This document shows positions 18,798-28,710 of a DNA stretch of 64,000 bases, in pieces. Every line of letters begins with the position of its first letter. The stretch's first letter is position 1. A model generated the notes under the pieces. That model did no database searches. It had not been told where the DNA came from and was given only the letters and a program-made list of their open reading frames with translations. A program made the position numbers and the translations under genes. Origin of the DNA: Thermodesulfobacteriota bacterium (GTDB taxonomy: Bacteria > Desulfobacterota > Desulfobacteria > Desulfobacterales > JARGFK01); assembly GCA_040757625.1 (NCBI GenBank), contig JBFLWU010000007.1, positions 1,110-65,109 of the forward strand, written 5' to 3'.

Positions 18798-19934
18798 TTA
18801 CTTCAAATTAACAGGCAGGCACTTTTTTACCCTCACCTGCCATGTATAATTTTCAACATCTAATCGTGATTGTCGCGTTAAACTTATACCCCACATTTTG
18901 CCCTTATAAGCGCGTTGAATGGCCTCCTGCCACTCAGTTAAATTTGCTGAATCGCATAAAACTGAATTATTCTCATTTAATATTTCGCACAACACTTCTA
19001 GATTGCTTGTGATAATTAATCGTTCAGATGCCATGTATTCAAACAGTTTTATAGGACTAAATACTTTTGAAGTATCGCCGCCGCCGCTGACTTCTATCTT
19101 TTTTTGATACGGCATCAACAGAACATTACATGCCGCTAAATATTGCGGAAGCTCTGTGTTTGAAATAAATCCGAAAAATATTAGATTATCAATTCCTCTC
19201 GCCACTGCTTGTTCTTTTCGTGATTCAACACTTCCTGGATCACCGCCCATAATCAAAAATTGAACTTCGGGAAGCACACCGGCAAGTTCCATGATCAATT
19301 CAACCCCACGACCTTCATACAAACTGCCGGAGTAACCGGCTGTATATTTTTGTGGCAGATTCAGCTTTGACCTTGCTTCTTCAGGCGATGGAAGATTGTC
19401 AAAACGTTCGAGATCCACTGCATCGTGAGCCACAAGAATCTCCTTATTCTTCAACCAGCCAGGATATTCCGAAAGCAAAGCCTGTTTAAGAGCATGGGTT
19501 ATAGCAACCAACCGCACAAAACCCTTTCCGGATACAATGAGCCTTAACCATGATGGTCCGATTCTTCCGCCCGGCACCTGGTGCAACTCATAAATAGTCG
19601 GATATCCGAATAAGCTCGAAAGGACGGCGGCAACTGCATTACGGGCAAAAACCATATCCACATTCTTTCTACGAGCATGGAGAAAAGAGGCGATTGCTAT
19701 ATCATACCCTTTCAAATAGGGACTGTTTTTCATCCTATGTATGTCAAATTTATTCCGTATGCCATAATGCCGCCAGATGTCTTTACTTAATCCTTCTAAT
19801 GAGTCATTTCCCTTAACCGCGTAAAGTATCGGCTCATGCCCGTTCTGGACCATGGCCTGGCACATTTTCATTACCTGAATGCTGTTTGCGGTAAGAGATG
19901 GGATTATTGAACCTGAAAAGTATGCAATTTTCAT
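18798..19934 (-). CDS. glycosyltransferase, GT-B fold (GT4-like)
   Basis: 378 aa with N-terminal MKIAYFSGS...ANSIQVMKMCQAM and C-terminal FSPIKLFEYMASERLII. Confidence 0.75.
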   Translation of the reverse strand: MKIAYFSGSIIPSLTANSIQVMKMCQAMVQNGHEPILYAVKGNDSLEGLSKDIWRHYGIRNKFDIHRMKNSPYLKGYDIAIASFLHARRKNVDMVFARNAVAAVLSSLFGYPTIYELHQVPGGRIGPSWLRLIVSGKGFVRLVAITHALKQALLSEYPGWLKNKEILVAHDAVDLERFDNLPSPEEARSKLNLPQKYTAGYSGSLYEGRGVELIMELAGVLPEVQFLIMGGDPGSVESRKEQAVARGIDNLIFFGFISNTELPQYLAACNVLLMPYQKKIEVSGGGDTSKVFSPIKLFEYMASERLIITSNLEVLCEILNENNSVLCDSANLTEWQEAIQRAYKGKMWGISLTRQSRLDVENYTWQVRVKKCLPVNLK

Positions 19935-20505
19935 CTTCTTTATTTAAGCCAATACAGATCCTGTCGAACTCCGCAAACGGCAACGGCTTTTGGACAAATT
20001 TTGGGATGAACGGCAACACCTCAAATGGGCTATCGATCCAGCCCCATAAATTCCTGTATGTAAACAGATTCCAACTGAGAAATGCCACCAGATTCGACAG
20101 CGACCAGCAAAACTTGGATTTAAACTGTAAAAACTTGACCAGCAAGATGTCGATTGATGCTGTCCAAATCTGGATTTTCACTAGTGCCGACGAAGGTTTT
20201 AACCTTCAGGTTTTGTTTAAGGGTTTAAAGAAAATTTCGATTTACCAGCGGTCTTTGCAAATAGCCGATAGGGTCGTTGCACCTAAGTCCAGATGGTTGG
20301 TCAATCTTTTTTCTGGTCTTTATCCAAGGCCACGACCTTTCTTAAGGGGTAGGGATATTTTTTATGTGAATAATATCCCGTCAAATGGGATGTCATTCCG
20401 GGAAACACCGATACGATGAAAGTTATACACAACAATCGGGGGGCCCTCTTTCCAGCCTGTAAAAAATCCCTTGAACATGACTTGAAATTCATTATCATTA
20501 ACAAA
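19935..20505. other. gene-free gap inside the operon, with multi-frame ORF fragments (possible decayed gene)
   Basis: The 571-bp gap has only short minus-strand pieces in three frames, for example 20362-20478 (MFKGFFTGWKEGPPIVVYNFHRIGVSRNDIPFDGILFT*), 20301-20504 and 19834-20181. A palindrome GAAGGTTTTAACCTTC lies at about 20192-20207. Confidence 0.4.
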
Positions 20506-21522
20506 TTAACTTAACTGAAAAATATCCGAACACACTGTTTTCCACAAATCGGCAGCAACGCGGAGGTGATAATTTTTGTTAACAAAAGCACGGCCGTTCT
20601 GGCCCATACGAATTCTCATCTCCGGTTCACCGGCAAGTATTTCCAAATATTTCTTCCAATCTTCCAATGTTTCGGCTAAAAAGCCGTTCCATCCGTGACG
20701 TACAATGTCTTTATTGACCCCGATAGGAGAAGCCACTACCGGTAAACCTGCTGCCATATATTGAAGCAACTTGAAACCAGCTTTCATTCTGGCCCGCTCA
20801 TTATTATTAGGTAAGTACATAATTCCAATATCAATTTCGTTGAAAACCGATGGTTCGAGGCTGATCTCCCAAAGGATAAAGCGTGATTTTACTTCGGGTT
20901 TCAGTTGAGGATCATTACCGGCAATAATTAGGGTTTCACAATTCCGATATTGAGACATGAAATGTAAAACAGATTCAAGAGGTTTCAGAAATAATTCAGA
21001 GAGGTTACTTCCGACCCACCCGATAACACAGCGACTATGATTCTTAGAATGGATATATTGATTAGTCTCGGTATCTACACATGTCGGAATAACATATACC
21101 CGATCATTCATCGAACTGAACCATTCACGCAACTCGTTACAACTGGCAACGATTGCATCCATAAGACCATACCATTGCCGTAGCCGTACCTGTACTTCGT
21201 CTGGATACCATGAACCATCAATTCTTTGAAAACTACCGTCATCTATATCCAAAACGCAGTTAGCGCCCATGTGTCGAGCCATGCTAACCAGAGAAAAAGC
21301 ATGGGTCTTCTGAAAGACCACTAAACGGGGTGTATAAATGAAGCGGAGTTGATCGAGTGCCAAGCGAAGCGTTGTAATATACTCCATTTTTGGATGAAAT
21401 CGCAAAACTCCAGCTTCAATACCAACTTTTTTAAGAAACGGAATCAACTTCAAAACCCGAAAACGATGACTTGCCACCTTCTCGTTTAAAACACTTATGA
21501 AAAGTAATCGACATAAGGGCAT
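20506..21522 (-). CDS. glycosyltransferase, GT-B fold
   Basis: C-terminal AAGLPVVASPIGVNKDIVRHGWNGFL. The track ORF (to 21624) overlaps the upstream MT, so I prefer the ATG at 21522 (MPLCRLLFISVL). Confidence 0.7.
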   Translation of the reverse strand: MPLCRLLFISVLNEKVASHRFRVLKLIPFLKKVGIEAGVLRFHPKMEYITTLRLALDQLRFIYTPRLVVFQKTHAFSLVSMARHMGANCVLDIDDGSFQRIDGSWYPDEVQVRLRQWYGLMDAIVASCNELREWFSSMNDRVYVIPTCVDTETNQYIHSKNHSRCVIGWVGSNLSELFLKPLESVLHFMSQYRNCETLIIAGNDPQLKPEVKSRFILWEISLEPSVFNEIDIGIMYLPNNNERARMKAGFKLLQYMAAGLPVVASPIGVNKDIVRHGWNGFLAETLEDWKKYLEILAGEPEMRIRMGQNGRAFVNKNYHLRVAADLWKTVCSDIFQLS

Positions 21523-21526
21523 TAGT

Positions 21527-22126
21527 CTATTTTTCCAACTCAACTTGCAAATCTCTTGCAGGAATAATTCTAAGTATTGACGACTCATACAAATACAGAA
21601 GATGCTGGCTCCGATTAACCACAATGGACATCAGGAGTGAAATTGGGCCCCGGCCAAACACAAGATGCCTTCTAGTGATGCGCTTGAAATATTTACGCTG
21701 ATACCAACCACCGACACTTGACTCATCGTTAATATAATACTCGAAAGTCCTTAAAGTAAAGAACCGGACATGGGTAGGATCTTGAAATGCTCGCAAGCAT
21801 CCTGCATATGGAAGAGTAATTTGCAGCTTGGCCCCTGGTTTCATAACCCTCGATATTTCATTCAAAACATTATCAAGATTTACAATATGCTCCAAAATAT
21901 GGCTTGCGTTTACTTCATCGAATATATTGGAAGTAAAAGGCAAATTACTATCTTCTAAATCACAAATTACATCGATTCCGCTCATAGGGAACCGATCTAT
22001 TCCGATGAAACCGATCCTCTTCCGTGGACCACAGCCAATATCGAGCCCAAGCTTATTAAATTGTGCAGGCGTATCACGTCCCCAAAGTCGTCCCTGAGCC
22101 TTCTGTATGTAGGACTGTAGATTCAT
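21527..22126 (-). CDS. class I SAM-dependent methyltransferase (Methyltransf_11-like)
   Basis: Motif I is GLDIGCGPRKRIGFIGID, followed by NASHILEHI. The start is uncertain (22126, 22183 or 22207). Confidence 0.75.
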   Translation of the reverse strand: MNLQSYIQKAQGRLWGRDTPAQFNKLGLDIGCGPRKRIGFIGIDRFPMSGIDVICDLEDSNLPFTSNIFDEVNASHILEHIVNLDNVLNEISRVMKPGAKLQITLPYAGCLRAFQDPTHVRFFTLRTFEYYINDESSVGGWYQRKYFKRITRRHLVFGRGPISLLMSIVVNRSQHLLYLYESSILRIIPARDLQVELEK

Positions 22127-22169
22127 ATAAAATCTGTGCAAAAAACTTCTTGTTTGCACTCCAAATAAG

Positions 22170-22793
22170 TTATTTTGAATCATCAGATATGTGCATCTCG
22201 CGAGCAAACTGGAAAAAAGCTTCTATATTGTCACCATTCAGCAGACTTATTGCAGACATAATATATTCAACTGGCCAATCCCACCAAGCTATTCTGAGCA
22301 GTTCGGTTATTTGGGCATCTGTAAACCTCTTACGTATTAAACTTGCAGGATTTCCTCCCACAATCGCATACGGCGGGACATTATTGGTCACTACAGAAGC
22401 AGCCGCAATAACGGCACCATGCCCCACTTCGACACCAGACAGAATGGTTGAACCCTTTCCTATCCACACATCGGAACCTATCAATACATCTCCCTTGGAG
22501 GTCGGATGCCCATCATTATATTTTCCAGGCAAATCGAATCGGGCACGGAATGGGTAGGTTGATATCCAATTTACCGGGTGGTTGCCACCCACAAAAATGG
22601 CAACTTCATCGGCGATTGAACAGAATTTGCCTATTAAAATGCGCCCTTTGTCGCCACGATACTTGATCACGTGTGGAATACCATAGGAGTGATCTCCCAT
22701 GGACAAAGTGCCATCCAAGAGATATCCATGTATTGGTCGATGCTGTTCAGCGAACAAAAGCAAGCGATATGCAATTTTACCAAGAATTGACAT
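22170..22793 (-). CDS. hexapeptide-repeat acetyltransferase (XAT/CatB-related O-acetyltransferase type)
   Basis: 207 aa with [14 protein letters not shown] and the hexapeptide run [31 protein letters not shown]. Confidence 0.85.
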   Translation of the reverse strand: MSILGKIAYRLLLFAEQHRPIHGYLLDGTLSMGDHSYGIPHVIKYRGDKGRILIGKFCSIADEVAIFVGGNHPVNWISTYPFRARFDLPGKYNDGHPTSKGDVLIGSDVWIGKGSTILSGVEVGHGAVIAAASVVTNNVPPYAIVGGNPASLIRKRFTDAQITELLRIAWWDWPVEYIMSAISLLNGDNIEAFFQFAREMHISDDSK

Positions 22794-22832
22794 CCCCCCC
22801 CTTGTATGTTTAAGAAAGAAACTAAAGGCAAC

Positions 22833-24212
22833 TCATCCTATGTGTGCACGTGACATACCATAATCTGAGTTTTTAGTTGCATTCAGTCTTCTGATAGAAC
22901 TCGGCAAGATGACAGCAACAGCCACGACAATACCGCCAAGTTTTGCCCAAGCTGCACCGCTTACTCCGGTCCTGGGCACTAACAGTAGCAAGAGTGTGCC
23001 TTGAATTAAAAGGCCAGCCAATCCAGATAACATAGCTGGCCATGCTTTTCCAGTAGCAATCTGCAGACTATTAAGTGGGCTTGTAGCTAAACCTACCATA
23101 CTCGCAAGAATCATAATCAAAAGTGGCTTCTTGGCAGGAAGGAATTCAGTCCCAAAAATAATCTGTATTATTAAATCTCCAAAAACAAACATTATAGCTG
23201 CCAAAACCCCAAAAATAGAAATCAGAGCAAATGTGAATCGAAGTACCAAGGTTTTCAATTGTCGCACTTCTCCATTGAACCACAGCCGACTATATTCTGG
23301 AGTTAAACTGGTCACAAGTGCTTGGGTTGGAATATCAAACAATCCTGTGAGTTGAGAAGCTGCGCGAAAGATGCCGACTGAGAATATATCGGTCAAAAAG
23401 CCGAGCAAAATGACGTCAAGGTACCGATATATAGTCTTGATGAATCCTGAACCGTATCCAATGGTCTGAAACACCCGGACATTTCGCGAAACTTGCCACC
23501 ACATTCTTTTCGGCCGAACGTCAATCTTCGATATATTCATAGCTTTCTTAGCAAGTAAGTAAATTAAAGCACCATCAAAGAGAGATAGAAACACAAGCAC
23601 CCAAACTACCTCCGACAGACCTGAATGATTAATATACAATACTGCTATAAAGGCCAGCTTAATCAAAGAATGAATTACAGATTGATAGAAAGCCCAGGAA
23701 AACTTATCCGCCACTCTTAGTAACGCAAGGGAAGTCGAATAGCACGATTGAAAAATCAATGTAAGCCCATAGATGATTTGGAGGTTTTCCTGCCCAGGGG
23801 ATAGGTTAAGGTACTGCGGTATCACCAATGAAAGAATTGTAACAATTGCAAAAGATAGTATCGACGACAACACGTCGATGCGATAGCAATACCGAATCAG
23901 ATGCCGGACTTGGGCTGTGTCACATTCTGTCAAGGCTTTTGTGACGTAAACCAAGGCAATCTGAGCGTTATTCAGCTTGAACAAACTGCTGACTATGGCA
24001 CAGGTGGCTACAAATAGTGCGATTGTCCCCATACCCCCTGGCCCAAGCATCCTCGCCATCATACCGGTCTGGATAATGCCCAACCCCACCGTGATGGGCG
24101 TTGCCCCCGAAGCCCAACCGGCATTGACCAGTACACGACCAGTCAAAGTGCCCTTGAGTCTGGCAAATGATACTCTCTGCAAGCCTTTAAACATCAGGAA
24201 AGCAGCCCTCAA
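22833..24212 (-). CDS. wzx: Wzx-type flippase (MOP/polysaccharide biosynthesis protein family)
   Basis: 459 aa with about 12 TM helices, in an O-antigen-type locus. An alternative ATG lies at 24194. Confidence 0.75.
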   Translation of the reverse strand: MRAAFLMFKGLQRVSFARLKGTLTGRVLVNAGWASGATPITVGLGIIQTGMMARMLGPGGMGTIALFVATCAIVSSLFKLNNAQIALVYVTKALTECDTAQVRHLIRYCYRIDVLSSILSFAIVTILSLVIPQYLNLSPGQENLQIIYGLTLIFQSCYSTSLALLRVADKFSWAFYQSVIHSLIKLAFIAVLYINHSGLSEVVWVLVFLSLFDGALIYLLAKKAMNISKIDVRPKRMWWQVSRNVRVFQTIGYGSGFIKTIYRYLDVILLGFLTDIFSVGIFRAASQLTGLFDIPTQALVTSLTPEYSRLWFNGEVRQLKTLVLRFTFALISIFGVLAAIMFVFGDLIIQIIFGTEFLPAKKPLLIMILASMVGLATSPLNSLQIATGKAWPAMLSGLAGLLIQGTLLLLLVPRTGVSGAAWAKLGGIVVAVAVILPSSIRRLNATKNSDYGMSRAHIG

Positions 24213-24417
24213 GCAAGCTTACGGGCGTCAAGGCCCGGAATACATGTCATGTACGTCAGATACTCAAGGCCCCAGGAAAGGCTATGGGGGATCGAAAAAT
24301 GGGCTCGAGATGAGATATTCATCAGATAATGATACGGAAAGGAATATTCATTGTCCTGCGCTGTAACACGTTCATAAACTGAATTTGTATGTATCAATAT
24401 GCAAACTCTTATAAAAT

Positions 24418-25059
24418 CTATACTGTTCTATATTTCTTCATCACTAATACAGTTCGTTCTTCAACATCTCCATATTCAGGTTTTGCAGGCTGCCATATAA
24501 TTTCATCATTTTTTCTATATTTGAAAAATGGAATCCACGATGTTTCTTTGAACCCGCATCGCTGATACATGGCCATTGCTTTGCTGTTTTCAGCAACGCA
24601 TTTAAGAAATATATATGGAACATCAAAATTGTTAAAAGTCCACTCACAAAGCAATAACAAAGCCTGCGTCATCCCCCCCTTACATCCCTCTTCAAATCGT
24701 ACAATTTGCCCTATTTCGAATGTTTTATCAATTGAATCAAATGTAATTCCAATGTGAGCAAAAGATATTTTTTTAAAATTTTCTACGCTAAACAATACCT
24801 GAAAAGGATTATTTTCAATTGTTTTTATCCATCGAAAGGTTCTATCTGTTGACGCATTAAATTCGGATAGGAATGCTTCTCTCCAGGTATTTCTTGCATG
24901 AGTGGCTTTGATGATAAATTCGTCGATTCTAGGCATCTTTGTGGATACAGCACGTATAAAAATCTCATCATTTCCGGAGAAGGTTTTTAACGTTCCTGTA
25001 TGAAGGTATAACCCTTTGTTTTTCAATTCATTAAATAAATACGTTGTTCGTGATTCCAT
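24418..25059 (-). CDS. GNAT-family N-acetyltransferase, probable amino-sugar N-acyltransferase
   Basis: 213 aa. The C-terminal half, FLKCVAENSKAMAMYQRCGFKE, is a GNAT acetyl-CoA motif. It lies immediately downstream of the DegT aminotransferase. Confidence 0.65.
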   Translation of the reverse strand: MESRTTYLFNELKNKGLYLHTGTLKTFSGNDEIFIRAVSTKMPRIDEFIIKATHARNTWREAFLSEFNASTDRTFRWIKTIENNPFQVLFSVENFKKISFAHIGITFDSIDKTFEIGQIVRFEEGCKGGMTQALLLLCEWTFNNFDVPYIFLKCVAENSKAMAMYQRCGFKETSWIPFFKYRKNDEIIWQPAKPEYGDVEERTVLVMKKYRTV

Positions 25060-25068
25060 AAAATCGGT

Positions 25069-26196
25069 TCACGGATCAGATAATATTTCTTTCAATTTAT
25101 CGCAAACAAAAGTGACCTTCTCTCGAGTCATATGAAAACTACTTGGCAGATTAACGCCGTATTGACTGATTTGATAGGCAATGGTATTTTTTCCCCTTGC
25201 CTGCTCAGCTGCCGTACAACCTGAATATGCCGGCAGAGAACTTAAAGGGTAAAAAAACGGGCGGCAGTCAATGCCTCTTTCAGACATCGCTTTAATAATA
25301 TCCTCTTTTGTGAGTCGAAACCGTGGTTCAGGAATAATGGTCACCATCCAGTATGTATTTTTTACATCATATGGTTCATAATTCAGCATTAATCCTTCAA
25401 TATTTGCAAGCTCCTTGTAATACCATGAGAATATTTCTCTTTTTCTTTCTATAAGTTCCTCTATTCTTTCTAATTGAGCCAATCCCAATGCCGCTTGCAT
25501 ATTCGACATTCTGTATTTATAACCTATTTCCGTATTCCAAAACATTTTTCCCCCGGCTTTGCGGCCATGATCCCGCAAAAACTGACACCGGTTAAACATG
25601 GTTTCATCATCCGTGAGAAGCATTCCGCCTTCACCTGTAGTCAATGTTTTTGTGCCGTGAAAGCTGAAGGTGCTTGCCAATCCGAAGCTACCCGCTTTTT
25701 TCTTTTTGTATTCCGCTCCCAGTGATTGCGCCGCATCTTCAATGACTGCGATACCGTGCCGAGAAGCCGTCTCGAGAATTCCATCCATGTCCGGCATATT
25801 CCCGTAAAGATCCACCAGGATCACAGCTCTTGTTTTAGGTGTTATACTGCCTATTAAAGACTGAACAGATAAACACCATGTTTTGGAGTCAATATCAGCG
25901 AATACGGTTTTGGCATTTACATATGAAATTGGCGCAGAGCTTGCAATCCATGTTATTTCAGGAACGATAATCTCATCATCAGGTTTCAGGTCAAGGCTTG
26001 CCAATGAAAGATGGAGCGCAGAGGTGCACGAAGGAAGCGCCATAGCGTATTTTCTTCCGACATATGCCGCAAATGCTGCTTCGAACCGGTTATGATATAT
26101 ACTGTTATTCTCGTACCAGGCATTTCTCACAGCATCAGCTACATAAGAAACTTCTTTTTCGGTAATCCAGGGACCGGCTACTGGAATGCGTTCCAT
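25069..26196 (-). CDS. DegT/DnrJ/EryC1/StrS-family sugar aminotransferase
   Basis: 375 aa. SFHGTKTLTTGEGGML retains the PLP lysine, so this looks like a true aminotransferase and not an E1-type 3-dehydrase. Confidence 0.9.
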   Translation of the reverse strand: MERIPVAGPWITEKEVSYVADAVRNAWYENNSIYHNRFEAAFAAYVGRKYAMALPSCTSALHLSLASLDLKPDDEIIVPEITWIASSAPISYVNAKTVFADIDSKTWCLSVQSLIGSITPKTRAVILVDLYGNMPDMDGILETASRHGIAVIEDAAQSLGAEYKKKKAGSFGLASTFSFHGTKTLTTGEGGMLLTDDETMFNRCQFLRDHGRKAGGKMFWNTEIGYKYRMSNMQAALGLAQLERIEELIERKREIFSWYYKELANIEGLMLNYEPYDVKNTYWMVTIIPEPRFRLTKEDIIKAMSERGIDCRPFFYPLSSLPAYSGCTAAEQARGKNTIAYQISQYGVNLPSSFHMTREKVTFVCDKLKEILSDP

Positions 26197-26230
26197 TATT
26201 TTAATTTCCTACTTATTATTTTTGAAGATC

Positions 26231-27481
26231 TCAATGAAGCAATTTCAAATAAGGTAACGGAATAATAAATTCTCCGCCTCTGTTTCGATGAGATGTCAAC
26301 TGGCTGATAATTTCATCAGCATAATTCCATGCGGTAAGAAGTATGATATCGGGCTTATCAATTTCAATCTGCTCAACCGGATAAATCTTTAAATTTGTTC
26401 CAGGAATAATATAGCCCTGTTTTTGTTGATTTCTATCTACCACATACTCGAATGTTTCAGAGCCAAGCCCAAAATAATTGAATAAAACTGTAGCTTTTGC
26501 AGCAGCACCATAGGCAATTATTTTCTTCCCCTCATTTTTCAACTGCTCCAGCATGCTACAAAGATCTTTTTTTAATTTCATAACTCGGTTAGCAAATTCG
26601 GTATAAAACTGGTCTTTACCAATCCCCTCTTGCTGTTCTTTTTCTTGAAAATCATTTAACCTGTCCGTCTTCTCATGTTCGCTAGGATGTCCTGCAAATA
26701 TCCGAAGGCTACCGCCCTGTGCGGGTATGTATTGAACATCGAAAATTTCAAGGTTATGCTTTTTAAACAGCAAGTTCAAACACCGCAATGAATAGTAACA
26801 CAGATGCTCATGATAGATTAAATCAAACGCACCAACATCGATCATATATTTGACATAAGCTGCTTCTACAGAAATTACCCCGGAAGGAGACAGCAGGATT
26901 TTCATTCCCCCGACAAATTCATGGAGATTTGCAACATGCGCTAAAACATTATTGGCATGAATTACCGATGGAGCTTTATATCTCTGTCTAATGCGTTTGG
27001 CCAGCTCTTCACCAAAGAATTCAACAACCGTCCGGATATTTCTTTTTTCCTGGGCTATTTTTGCAACATTCGCCGCAGGTTCAATTCCTAATACCGGAAT
27101 TCCGGCTTTTTGATAAAATTGGAGAAGATAGCCGTCATTACTTGCTATTTCGACAACAAGGTCACTTTTACCGAGGCGATATTTTTCTATAAGTTGATTC
27201 GCAAGATTGTCTGCTCCCGATACGAGCGTATCCGCACAGGATGAAAGATACATATAATTGCTGAATAATACTTCTGGTGAAATTGTCTCTCGTATCTGAA
27301 GCAACCCGCACCTATTACATTTTACAAGTGTCAACGGATATTTATCAACGCGTTCGTTAAATTTTGTCTCAGGAATCAAGTTGTTTGCCAGAGGTTGCAG
27401 CCCGAGGTCAAGAATAGTTAATAAATCATTACCGTTACAGATTCGACAATTTTTTTCTAAGGTCAGATAAGATCTTGCCAT
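26231..27481 (-). CDS. NDP-hexose C-methyltransferase (TylCIII-like; zinc-binding N-terminus, SAM-MT domain and C-methyltransferase C-terminal domain)
   Basis: 416 aa with CRICNGNDLLTILDLGLQPLANNL...CNRCGLLQ and VVEIASNDGYLL. Confidence 0.8.
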   Translation of the reverse strand: MARSYLTLEKNCRICNGNDLLTILDLGLQPLANNLIPETKFNERVDKYPLTLVKCNRCGLLQIRETISPEVLFSNYMYLSSCADTLVSGADNLANQLIEKYRLGKSDLVVEIASNDGYLLQFYQKAGIPVLGIEPAANVAKIAQEKRNIRTVVEFFGEELAKRIRQRYKAPSVIHANNVLAHVANLHEFVGGMKILLSPSGVISVEAAYVKYMIDVGAFDLIYHEHLCYYSLRCLNLLFKKHNLEIFDVQYIPAQGGSLRIFAGHPSEHEKTDRLNDFQEKEQQEGIGKDQFYTEFANRVMKLKKDLCSMLEQLKNEGKKIIAYGAAAKATVLFNYFGLGSETFEYVVDRNQQKQGYIIPGTNLKIYPVEQIEIDKPDIILLTAWNYADEIISQLTSHRNRGGEFIIPLPYLKLLH

Positions 27482-27514
27482 TTAATTCTCTTATTATACA
27501 GAACAACCAAATTG

Positions 27515-28651
27515 TTAATTCCATTCAATTCTGGCATATTTTGGAAGGAAACGATCTTGTCTCTGATAAAGAGATTTAATATCCAAAGGTTCTTTTGAAT
27601 CATCACCTATTATAACCCACTTCTGATTTTCCTGCACAGACGGAAATGCGCTGAACTTAAACATCATATCTTTCATTTTATGATTATATTTGCATATAAA
27701 ATAACGGACTGAATCAACAGAATCCGGGTGGTTAGACATGTTCCCCATCATTTCAGAATTATAATATTGTTCGATAACGTTTCTGATTTCAGGTAGATGT
27801 GGTTTCATTACTTCTTGCGCCTTTGGCAGTATTTTGGCCCCTTTCGACAATCTGTTTTCAACTATAAACAAATTACCGCTCTTTGGGGCTTTTTTCCCGT
27901 AACGAACAGTAAAAACATTATGGAATTCATTCAATTTAGATAATAGCTGTTCCATGCTGAAAAAATAATGTCCATACACCACGCAAGACAAACCACAGGT
28001 TTTTGTAATTTGAATCCGTTCCCCATAAAAAGATTTTTTTACGATATTTGATACAGGATCATAAAATCGAGTCTGCTGCTGAAAATAAATCGGGGCATCC
28101 GAGGGATAATTTTGTTTTTTACTAATCCCAAAACCAAATAGACTCTGTTCGTTTCTTAATTTTTTTAGATTTAACGCATAACCTGACATGGGAGAAGACA
28201 AAATCTGACCCTCCCTCGATAATTTAAATCTTTTATAGATTACACCGTACTCGTCATGATTCTCTGCAAGGACTTGACGGATATTCGCAGTGGTGGAAAA
28301 ATCAAGAATATAGTCGGAATTTATTACAAACCCCCAATCTGTTTCAAGTTTTTGCAAACCTTCGGTTGCATTGATTGTCCATTGTGAACCATGCCATCGT
28401 CCATCTGGTCCCCAAAAAGTTTGTGGAGAATTGTATACCATCCAATTCTTTGCGCTTGTCCAGCTTTTTAATATATCGTAGGATTCATCTGTTGTTCCAC
28501 CATCCACGATCACAATCTGGTCTGCAAATTTGCCCCATGAATCTATACAGGCAAGATAAGCGAGATAGCCTCTTGAGAATGAATTTGTTGAAGTTGTAAT
28601 CACCCCGATGGAAGGCAAAGAACTCATTTGCCTCCCCCATGATACGTGCAT
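27515..28651 (-). CDS. hypothetical protein, possibly GT-A-like glycosyltransferase
   Basis: 378 aa. The N-terminal IGVITTSTNS...IVIVDGGTTDES resembles GT2, and the rest is unassigned. An alternative ATG lies at 28627. Confidence 0.45.
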   Translation of the reverse strand: MHVSWGRQMSSLPSIGVITTSTNSFSRGYLAYLACIDSWGKFADQIVIVDGGTTDESYDILKSWTSAKNWMVYNSPQTFWGPDGRWHGSQWTINATEGLQKLETDWGFVINSDYILDFSTTANIRQVLAENHDEYGVIYKRFKLSREGQILSSPMSGYALNLKKLRNEQSLFGFGISKKQNYPSDAPIYFQQQTRFYDPVSNIVKKSFYGERIQITKTCGLSCVVYGHYFFSMEQLLSKLNEFHNVFTVRYGKKAPKSGNLFIVENRLSKGAKILPKAQEVMKPHLPEIRNVIEQYYNSEMMGNMSNHPDSVDSVRYFICKYNHKMKDMMFKFSAFPSVQENQKWVIIGDDSKEPLDIKSLYQRQDRFLPKYARIEWN

Positions 28652-28710
28652 AGCCTCATCTTATTATTTTTCACCATTGTATTTTGATAACACAATATTT
28701 ATTGCAGTTA

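Noticed and set aside
19898-20419. The plus-strand 173-aa ORF in the operon gap.
   Set aside because: It is on the opposite strand to every gene for 30 kb, has no RBS, and its Asn/Ser/Phe-rich composition is typical of AT-rich non-coding sequence. The region is treated as a possible decayed minus-strand gene.
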